Assembly (NCBI GenBank): GCA_965261545.1
Contig: CBDHDF010000007.1
Location: forward strand, 32,001-96,000
Direction of reading: 5' to 3'
Origin: Bdellovibrionales bacterium
GTDB taxonomy: Bacteria; Bdellovibrionota; Bdellovibrionia; Bdellovibrionales; UBA1609
DNA length: 64,000 bases
Numbering within the stretch: position 1 is the first letter of the stretch; every line of letters begins with the position of its first letter. Of this stretch, positions 49,730 to 57,921 are shown piece by piece. The notes under the pieces were generated by a model. That model did no database searches and was not told the DNA's origin. It saw only the letters and a list, made by a program, of their open reading frames with translations. Both the position numbers and the translations under genes were made by a program.

Positions 49730-51642
49730 CCCGAGTTTGACAGCAGCATCTGCGTCAAACGAATGATATTAAAGGATTAACGCATATAGTTGTATTTTGT
49801 TTATCCACACTTGTGGGCATTAAGGATTCTGGGAGGGATGGGGACGCCTGCGGCTTTAAATAAGGAGTTGGCATTGCCAGTGATATCTGTGCGGGTCCAA
49901 ATGACTTGATCACGAATTTTAACAGGGATAGCCCTAACTTCCTTGAGTTCCCTCATGGCCTCTACAACAGTTAAAGGTCGCTCTTTAACATGACCAATGC
50001 CTATGGCTGGGCTTTTTAGGTTCATCTTCTTATCTCTTAAACATTTTGTAAGGTGGGCCTCACAAAGATAAGTTAAAAAGCATAGAGTTAAATGTCCAAT
50101 AATCCTCTGGTCTGTCCAATGGAAAACAGGACGTGTTTTCAAAGTCCCTTTTAACTCACCAAAAGCATCTTCAATTTTCCACAATTCTTTGTAGTTGATA
50201 ATAATCTCATCTGCCGTCAAGTCTTTGACATTTGTAAGGACGGCAAAAAAACCATCAATTTTTTCATCTAATTCTATTTGTTCTGCATTTAATTCATGTT
50301 TTTTATTTTTGTCGTCAGCCATCTTTACATATTTCTTATAACCTTTATTGGAAACAAAAGTACTAGACTGAACACCTTTAGAAGATAGTTTTCCTTCGAT
50401 CTTTTCAAGAAGGGATTCTCTAGATTTTTTATCTCTCTCTGCTCTTTTCCTAGACCAAGTCACAATACATCTATGCCCCCCATGGTCTGTTTCGTAAACA
50501 GCAAGCTCATTCTCATATACCCAGCTAAAACGATTTAAATCATAGACCTCTTGTTTCTTTTCTTTTTTTAAAGATCCAAGCTTCATACCAACAATAAACT
50601 CGCTTTGATCCTCACTGAGTTTGTCAGTATTAGCCTTTGATAAAAGCCCCCTATCAGCCACAAAAATGAAACGGCGTACATTAAACTTTTTTCTCATTTT
50701 ATCAACAATATCTGAAAGCGTCTTGCCTTCAAAAGTATTACCAGGGAAAACCTCAAAACCTAAAGGGATGCCATCCCGATTCACCAACAAACCAAAGACA
50801 ACTTGGGTGCAGTCTGATCGTCTCTCTTTACTATAGCCAAATTGACGAAGTTTCCCTAAGTCTGTTCTTGTACTCTCGAAGCGTAAGGTTGTTAAATCAT
50901 ACAACACAATGTCTACTTGGAAATTAAATAAATCTCGCCCCACCCAATAAAGCGAGTTCTCTATTTCATCCTTATGGGAGGCAAGTAAGTCCATAGACCG
51001 ATAAATATGCTGGAGACTCAAATCACCCTTAATCATGTCTGGGTAAAAAGATTTTTGCCAATACTCAAAAACCTTTAACTTGGAACTAGGAGCAATAAAT
51101 CGGGTGGCAACTAAGGTAAAAATCACCTTACATAAATCAAATTGAACTTTCTCATGAGAATCTTTTATGTCTTTGAGGGTCTTATTGATACCCAGTTGAT
51201 CAAACAACTTTTGTAAAATCAGCAAGGGACCCAAAATGAAAGTCTCTTCGATGTAAAGCTCCTTAGCCAATTGACTCACAGTGAGAAGCTCTCGGTGGCG
51301 GGATACGGCCTGCGCCAAACTATTAATCTTATCCTCTCCTCCTTCTCCAGCCTTACCTAAGGACATGAGCATGCGTTTTTTGGATTTGCCTTTTTCTCTG
51401 TAGGACTCCACAAGGTGGTAGTAGCACTGACCTTTTGAGTTTTTAGTCGTTTGGATGTACATGAGGATATTTTCTACATATTTCTATGATATATCAATAT
51501 TTAAAACGATAAAATCCTATTTTGTTTTCTACACTTTTTTTACGTCAATTTTAATTTTTCCAGCAGCTACCATTATATTTCAGTACAACCCCAATTTCTG
51601 GAAATTTCGCATTTTAACGCAGATGCTGCTGTCAAACTCGGG
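49730..51642 (-). mobile_element. IS1634-family element, copy 1 (1913 bp)
   Basis: 26-bp IR CCCGAGTTTGACAGCAGCATCTGCGT; long direct duplication 49521-49729 = 51709-51917. Confidence 0.95.
49801..51462 (-). CDS. IS1634-family transposase
   Basis: LYDLTTLRFE, FGYSKERRSD..QV, VFPGNT.E, VADRG, YKELWKIEDAF..LK, RPVFHW. Confidence 0.95.
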   Translation of the reverse strand: MYIQTTKNSKGQCYYHLVESYREKGKSKKRMLMSLGKAGEGGEDKINSLAQAVSRHRELLTVSQLAKELYIEETFILGPLLILQKLFDQLGINKTLKDIKDSHEKVQFDLCKVIFTLVATRFIAPSSKLKVFEYWQKSFYPDMIKGDLSLQHIYRSMDLLASHKDEIENSLYWVGRDLFNFQVDIVLYDLTTLRFESTRTDLGKLRQFGYSKERRSDCTQVVFGLLVNRDGIPLGFEVFPGNTFEGKTLSDIVDKMRKKFNVRRFIFVADRGLLSKANTDKLSEDQSEFIVGMKLGSLKKEKKQEVYDLNRFSWVYENELAVYETDHGGHRCIVTWSRKRAERDKKSRESLLEKIEGKLSSKGVQSSTFVSNKGYKKYVKMADDKNKKHELNAEQIELDEKIDGFFAVLTNVKDLTADEIIINYKELWKIEDAFGELKGTLKTRPVFHWTDQRIIGHLTLCFLTYLCEAHLTKCLRDKKMNLKSPAIGIGHVKERPLTVVEAMRELKEVRAIPVKIRDQVIWTRTDITGNANSLFKAAGVPIPPRILNAHKCG

Positions 51643-53017
51643 AGACTTCACATTGCCTCCTATTTCTGCAATCAAAAGCGCTGCACTTAATTCGTCAATT
51701 CCAGGTATAGTCTGGAGTAGATGCCACTGCCTTTCATAGGGTTTCATACGAATGAAAAGTTCTTCTTCAATTTGAGAGCATTCTTTTTTCAAAAAATCTA
51801 TTCGATCAAGAATGCGTTGAAGAACAAAACGATTTTCTTCCGTCATCTTTCCCGACAGGGCGTAAGAAAATTCTTCGGTCTTTTGACGTAAAGACCCTCT
51901 GGCAAGAGACATCAATTTAGAAACTGATCTCTCTCCATTAGCTATGGCACGAATCATGGCCATACCAGATACGCAGTCAGCTTTAGACATTGCATAGGTT
52001 AAACGAATGCCTGAATATTCAAGAACCTTATACATACGATTTTGTTCCGAAGATATTTGGCGGATCGTTTTTGTACGATAACGAGCCAAAAGTCTAATAG
52101 AACGAATCTCACGTGGAGGAATGAAGCTAGCTCTTAGAAGACCACAAGCACCAAGCTCTGCAATCCACTGGCTATCCAACACGTCAGTTTTTTTACCAGT
52201 AATATTTTTGACATGAAAGGCATTGATAACATCTACTTCATAACCTTTTTCTGTCAAATCATCGTATAAAGAATTCCAATAAATCCCTGTGCTCTCAAAA
52301 AGAACTCTCTCAACCTTATGTGGCTTCATCCAAGAGCGCATTCTAGGAAAATTTTTTGGAAAATTCTTGAACTCTTTTGTGAAAAACTTCTTCTTACCGT
52401 CTTCCACTTTGACAATCGTACACATCAACATATGTTGATGAACATCTATTCCACAAACAGAACTATAAATAGTTCCTGTCCAGGGAAGAAAGTTAAGTAG
52501 TTTTAAGTATTTACATGCCTTCCCTTTAGATTTTATGCTTTAAAATGGAGTCCATCAAACATAATCCGTGTAAATTCAGTTACTTACATAAAACGGAAAA
52601 ATAAAATAAGTTCCCCCCCCTCTCTTGACGAACCTTTCACAGCCCCTCCCTTTCAGTGACTTATGTGGCTATCAACTGGTTACTTGATATGAGAGGAAGA
52701 GTTGGATCAACCTGTGTTTCCACCGTGGTGATTTCAAACCTCCTTCAGGGAAATAACATTACGTTGCGCATCAACTTCAAAAAATACTTGACGTGTTTTT
52801 TCAGAGAAATAATTTTTGATATTTTATTCTTCATTTATTTTTTATGTAGGTTTTAGGAGGCGTGGGAACCTCTCTATGAGGTAGAATTCTTATCCATGTT
52901 CTCCGAGAACCTCTCTGATTTTTTTCTTCTTAAAAGACATCCTTGCTCACTTTTTTCCCTCAAAAAAACGTATGTTAATATAAAAATTAAAGAGAAACTT
53001 TCACCAAAGGGGGGACT

Positions 53018-54382
53018 ATGCGCCATTTGAAGAAGACACAGTTGGGACTCTTTTCCCAATATCCTAACCACCAACTCAGTACAGAATTGCAGCAAATTAA
53101 TAACATCATTGATCGCCATCCAGAGTTTGCCCATATGGTTCATGAAGACCTTGTTAAAGAAAAGAAAGATTCTGGTGATATTGGTATGACATCGGAGCAA
53201 GTTCTCAAGGTGGCTATTCTTAAATCCATAAGAGGTCTTTCCTATCGTGCGTTAGCCTTTAATCTTGTCGATTCAGTATCCACCAGAGCTTTTCTGGGCC
53301 TTGAATTGGAAGAAAATTACGCTCACTCCACCTTACAGGACTTGATTGTTCAAATAAGTGAAGAAACTTGGGGAATTATTAGCGCCTCTTTAGTTTCAGA
53401 TGCAAGAGATCAAAAGATTGAGCCGTGTAAGAAAATGAGATTGGACAGTACAGTGACGAAATCAAATATTCATCATCCAACGGATGCATCGCTTTTATAT
53501 GACTGCATAAGAGTTACAGAAAGAGAATTTAAAAAAGTTCGTAAAAATGTCATGAAAGATTTTTGGCGACTTATTTCAAGAGAAGATCTTAAGAGAGCAA
53601 AAACCTTGCTTTACAAAATTAATAATTCCAAAAATGATGCGGAAAGACTACCTTGCTATAAGGAGCTTTTAAAAATCGCTACCAAATTGAACAAAGGATT
53701 ACCTGATACCATCAGAAAGATAAAAAAAGAACAAAAATGTGTGAAGATGAATGCTTTGAAAAAGAGTCTAAAACAGTTAGAAAATGTTGCCTTCTACCTG
53801 GAAAAAATCATCTTTCAAACTCAAAAAAGAGTTATTGAGGGGAAAAAAGTATCTTCTGAAAAAAAGGTCCTATCCATCTTTGAACCGCATACAGACATTA
53901 TTGTAAAGGGGCAAAGAGAAGTCGAGTTTGGGCATAAAATCTTTCTGACCTCAGGGCAAAGCAACATGATTTTAGATTGTCAGATCCCTGATGGCAACCC
54001 CGCAGACTCTGATATGTTTTTAAAAGTTATGAATTCAGTGACACAAACCTATGGGGCTTGCCCTGTAAAAGTAAGTGCAGATGGTGGGTTTGCTTCAAAA
54101 GAAAATCTTGAAGAGGCCAAAGAGATGGGGGCTAAAGATGTTTGCTTCCCAGAAAAAAAAGGAATGAAAATATTAAAGATGGTTAAAAGTGCTTGGGTCT
54201 TTAAAAATCTTCTCAATTGGAGAGCCGGAATAGAGGCTGTTATTTCATTCCTTAAGAGATGTTTTGGTATGAGAGTTGCTTACTGGAAAGGGCATGATGG
54301 TTTTAAGAGGTATGTAAAGAATGCCGTTTGTGCCTATAATTTTGTTGTCTTGGCAAGACATGAATTATCAACTGTCACCTAA
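53018..54382 (+). CDS. ISNCY/IS5-like DDE transposase
   Basis: RLDSTV..SNIHHPTDASLL, SIFEPHTDIIVKG.REVEFGHK, ADGGF, WRAGIEAVIS.LKR.FG. Confidence 0.9.
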   Translation: MRHLKKTQLGLFSQYPNHQLSTELQQINNIIDRHPEFAHMVHEDLVKEKKDSGDIGMTSEQVLKVAILKSIRGLSYRALAFNLVDSVSTRAFLGLELEENYAHSTLQDLIVQISEETWGIISASLVSDARDQKIEPCKKMRLDSTVTKSNIHHPTDASLLYDCIRVTEREFKKVRKNVMKDFWRLISREDLKRAKTLLYKINNSKNDAERLPCYKELLKIATKLNKGLPDTIRKIKKEQKCVKMNALKKSLKQLENVAFYLEKIIFQTQKRVIEGKKVSSEKKVLSIFEPHTDIIVKGQREVEFGHKIFLTSGQSNMILDCQIPDGNPADSDMFLKVMNSVTQTYGACPVKVSADGGFASKENLEEAKEMGAKDVCFPEKKGMKILKMVKSAWVFKNLLNWRAGIEAVISFLKRCFGMRVAYWKGHDGFKRYVKNAVCAYNFVVLARHELSTVT

Positions 54383-54540
54383 ATTTATCCATTAGGAATA
54401 ACAGCAATGGACCAGGTCGAAGGTGCTAAAATCTTCCAAAGGTAGGGGTGCGTCTTCAAATCGAAAAAACTAGGGCGCAAGTCGCTTAAAGACCTTTTTC
54501 CCCTTAATCTGTAGAGTTTGTGTGGCAAATCTCCAACTCT

Positions 54541-54580
54541 CACTCCCCCATTGAGGCATTGGGAGGCTCAATGGGGAGTG
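54541..54580 (+). terminator. Strong hairpin downstream of the ISNCY transposase
   Basis: CACTCCCCCATTGAG ... CTCAATGGGGAGTG. Confidence 0.5.
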
Positions 54581-54658
54581 TCAGAGAACAAAAAATGGGC
54601 CTTTCTGGACAGAAACTAAATAATATCCACATGACTCCTCCTTTCTGTTAGAAAAAAA

Positions 54659-54845
54659 GAAGGTGATAAAACTAGAGCCTTGGGATTTTGCCATAAATTC
54701 TAAAGCGAAAATAGGTCAACTTACTATACGTCCATACACTCAGAGTGCAGGTACATGCGTGGGTTCGATCCAAAGCTCAAGACCATGTTACTTCACGGAA
54801 TTAAAATTACCAATCTATTCAACGGCCACTCATCTTATCACCTTC
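54659..54845 (+). ncRNA. Candidate IS110 bridge RNA
   Basis: Perfect 11-bp closing stem GAAGGTGATAA / TTATCACCTTC; two internal-loop domains; ATGTTACTT at 54785-93 equals the element-end junction at 55038-46. Confidence 0.7.
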
Positions 54846-55147
54846 CAATAATGTTATTGCTTTATCCTTTATTGTATCGGAATCATACATGACAAAAATA
54901 CCATCAAAAGTCCAGAGTAACTAAAAGAGGCCAATTATATAGACCAGCGAAGCTGTCCACCGAGTTGCTTCGTGCAAAGAAGTGGGGGCCTAGATAAGAT
55001 TCATGGGCGTGGGTGGGGAAGCAAGGCGCCCCCATGAATGTTACTTCAAATGATAGGTAGTTTTGAGAGTAATAGCATAACTCTCTACGATAGGCTTTAT
55101 TTATCTACAGAGATTATTAAGGCCCATGCTCAAGCCAGTAACTTCTT

Positions 55148-57060
55148 CCCGAGTTTGACAGCAGCATCTGCGTCAAACGAATGATATTAAAGGATTAACG
55201 CATATAGTTGTATTTTGTTTATCCACACTTGTGGGCATTAAGGATTCTGGGAGGGATGGGGACGCCTGCGGCTTTAAATAAGGAGTTGGCATTGCCAGTG
55301 ATATCTGTGCGGGTCCAAATGACTTGATCACGAATTTTAACAGGGATAGCCCTAACTTCCTTGAGTTCCCTCATGGCCTCTACAACAGTTAAAGGTCGCT
55401 CTTTAACATGACCAATGCCTATGGCTGGGCTTTTTAGGTTCATCTTCTTATCTCTTAAACATTTTGTAAGGTGGGCCTCACAAAGATAAGTTAAAAAGCA
55501 TAGAGTTAAATGTCCAATAATCCTCTGGTCTGTCCAATGGAAAACAGGACGTGTTTTCAAAGTCCCTTTTAACTCACCAAAAGCATCTTCAATTTTCCAC
55601 AATTCTTTGTAGTTGATAATAATCTCATCTGCCGTCAAGTCTTTGACATTTGTAAGGACGGCAAAAAAACCATCAATTTTTTCATCTAATTCTATTTGTT
55701 CTGCATTTAATTCAGGTTTTTTATTTTTGTCGTCAGCCATCTTTACATATTTCTTATAACCTTTATTGGAAACAAAAGTACTAGACTGAACACCTTTAGA
55801 AGATAGTTTTCCTTCGATCTTTTCAAGAAGGGATTCTCTAGATTTTTTATCCCTCTCTGCTCTTTTCCTAGACCAAGTCACAATACATCTATGCCCCCCA
55901 TGGTCTGTTTCGTAAACAGCAAGCTCATTCTCATATACCCAGCTAAAACGATTTAAATCATAGACCTCTTGTTTCTTTTCTTTTTTTAAAGATCCAAGCT
56001 TCATACCAACAATAAACTCGCTTTGATCCTCACTGAGTTTGTCAGTATTAGCCTTTGATAAAAGCCCCCTATCAGCCACAAAAATGAAACGGCGTACATT
56101 AAACTTTTTTCTCATTTTATCAACAATATCTGAAAGCGTCTTGCCTTCAAAAGTATTACCAGGGAAAACCTCAAAACCTAAAGGGATGCCATCCCGATTC
56201 ACCAACAAACCAAAGACAACTTGGGTGCAGTCTGATCGTCTCTCTTTACTATAGCCAAATTGACGAAGTTTCCCTAAGTCTGTTCTTGTACTCTCGAAGC
56301 GTAAGGTTGTTAAATCATACAACACAATGTCTACTTGGAAATTAAATAAATCTCGCCCCACCCAATAAAGCGAGTTCTCTATTTCATCCTTATGGGAGGC
56401 AAGTAAGTCCATAGACCGATAAATATGCTGGAGACTCAAATCACCCTTAATCATGTCTGGGTAAAAAGATTTTTGCCAATACTCAAAAACCTTTAACTTG
56501 GAACTAGGAGCAATAAATCGGCTGGCAACTAAGGTAAAAATCACCTTACATAAATCAAATTGAACTTTCTCATGAGAATCTTTTATGTCTTTGAGGGTCT
56601 TATTGATACCCAGTTGATCAAACAACTTTTGTAAAATCAGCAAGGGACCCAAAATGAAAGTCTCTTCGATGTAAAGCTCCTTAGCCAATTGACTCACAGT
56701 GAGAAGCTCTCGGTGGCGGGATACGGCCTGCGCCAAACTATTAATCTTATCCTCTCCTCCTTCTCCAGCCTTACCTAAGGACATGAGCATGCGTTTTTTG
56801 GATTTGCCTTTTTCTCTGTAGGACTCCACAAGGTGGTAGTAGCACTGACCTTTTGAGTTTTTAGTCGTTTGGATGTACATGAGGATATTTTCTACATATT
56901 TCTATGATATATCAATATTTAAAACGATAAAATCCTATTTTGTTTTCTACACTTTTTTTACGTCAATTTTAATTTTTCCAGCAGCTACCATTATATTTCA
57001 GTACAACCCCAATTTCTGGAAATTTCGCATTTTAACGCAGATGCTGCTGTCAAACTCGGG
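55148..57060 (-). mobile_element. IS1634-family element, copy 2 (1913 bp)
   Basis: Same 26-bp IRs as copy 1; 145-bp TSD 55003-55147 = 57061-57205. Confidence 0.95.
55219..56880 (-). CDS. IS1634-family transposase (two aa differences from copy 1)
   Basis: VASRF vs VATRF and KKPEL vs KKHEL; otherwise appears identical. Confidence 0.95.
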   Translation of the reverse strand: MYIQTTKNSKGQCYYHLVESYREKGKSKKRMLMSLGKAGEGGEDKINSLAQAVSRHRELLTVSQLAKELYIEETFILGPLLILQKLFDQLGINKTLKDIKDSHEKVQFDLCKVIFTLVASRFIAPSSKLKVFEYWQKSFYPDMIKGDLSLQHIYRSMDLLASHKDEIENSLYWVGRDLFNFQVDIVLYDLTTLRFESTRTDLGKLRQFGYSKERRSDCTQVVFGLLVNRDGIPLGFEVFPGNTFEGKTLSDIVDKMRKKFNVRRFIFVADRGLLSKANTDKLSEDQSEFIVGMKLGSLKKEKKQEVYDLNRFSWVYENELAVYETDHGGHRCIVTWSRKRAERDKKSRESLLEKIEGKLSSKGVQSSTFVSNKGYKKYVKMADDKNKKPELNAEQIELDEKIDGFFAVLTNVKDLTADEIIINYKELWKIEDAFGELKGTLKTRPVFHWTDQRIIGHLTLCFLTYLCEAHLTKCLRDKKMNLKSPAIGIGHVKERPLTVVEAMRELKEVRAIPVKIRDQVIWTRTDITGNANSLFKAAGVPIPPRILNAHKCG

Positions 57061-57102
57061 ATGGGCGTGGGTGGGGAAGCAAGGCGCCCCCATGAATGTT
57101 AC

Positions 57103-57840
57103 TTCAAATGATAGGTAGTTTTGAGAGTAATAGCATAACTCTCTACGATAGGCTTTATTTATCTACAGAGATTATTAAGGCCCATGCTCAAGCCAGTAAC
57201 TTCTTTATTGCGCGTTGTAAGCGAGGCTCTACTTTTATCCCCATCGTAAATTTATTTAATGGCCCAGGTTGGTATTCACAAATGGTTATTGAGGGGGTGG
57301 TCATTCATCTCTATAAGTATAAAAACCCAAAGACTGGGGAGTTCTCTGTTTTGGCCACTAATCTTCCGCATGGCTCCTTGGACAAGAAGGATATGGTTGC
57401 TCTTTACTCTCGTCGTTGGGAAATAGAAACGACATTTCGTGATTTTACATCGACAATGAAAATGGAGCAGTGGCACTCAACAAGCCTTAATGGAATATTG
57501 CAAGAGCTGTATTCTTATTTTTGGCTCTTCAATTATACAAAGATTCAAATGAGCATAAATGAGGATGAAGACAGTGTGAATCAGTTGGTAAAAAATGACT
57601 ACAAAAAACCTAACTTTAAACTGATTCTTGATTTCATAATGGATAGCATCCCCCTTTTTGTTGCGGGGCTCTATCAGAAATTTAGGAAGCAGATAAAGTT
57701 GCTGATGAAGATTTCAATGGAGAAGAGGAGGCACTTCAAAAGAAGCTATGAAAGGTCTATCAAAAGGGCTGGGAGTTCTTTTAAAAGAAATAGCTTAACG
57801 CAGAGGCAGAGGGGTGTGGTGGCTTAAGGAAACGGCATTG
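57103..57840 (+). mobile_element. IS4-B copy 2, 3' half only (inverted relative to copy 1)
   Basis: Near-identical to the reverse complement of 48104-48841; ends in IR CTTAAGGAAACGGCATTG. Confidence 0.9.
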
Positions 57841-57921
57841 ACCCCTGACTGAATCTCTTTGATCGACACAGGATGCTACTCCCCGATGGGGATGCTCTCT
57901 ACCGCATCAAACTCTATTGTT

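Larger units (their letters stand above)
52472..54616 (+). mobile_element. ISNCY/IS5-like element inserted in the first codons of the IS110 gene
   Basis: IRs GTTCCTGTCCAG / CTGGACAGAAAC; TSD TAAATA (52466-71, 54617-22); removing it restores the IS110 reading frame. Confidence 0.85.
51643..54630 (-). pseudogene. IS110 DEDD recombinase, interrupted
   Basis: Rejoined start GTG 54630 (RBS GGAGGAG) gives MDIIYSSVCGIDVH; also FESTGIYW, GKKTDVLDSQWIA, LLQTIPGI...AALLIAEIG. Confidence 0.9.
49521..57104 (-). mobile_element. IS110-family element, 3'-truncated, carrying three nested insertions
   Basis: Recombinase pieces 54630-54617, 52471-51643 and duplicate 49729-49521; ~410-nt leader 54631-55046; junction with IS4-B copy 2 at a TT core. 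Confidence 0.85.

Noticed and set aside
57096..57827. 243-aa transposase as an intact gene
   Set aside because: 3' half of IS4-B; its ATG comes from the IS110 end
48104..57840. Composite transposon bounded by inverted IS4-B copies
   Set aside because: Outer flanks (CAGGAAT / ACCCCTG) show no target duplication
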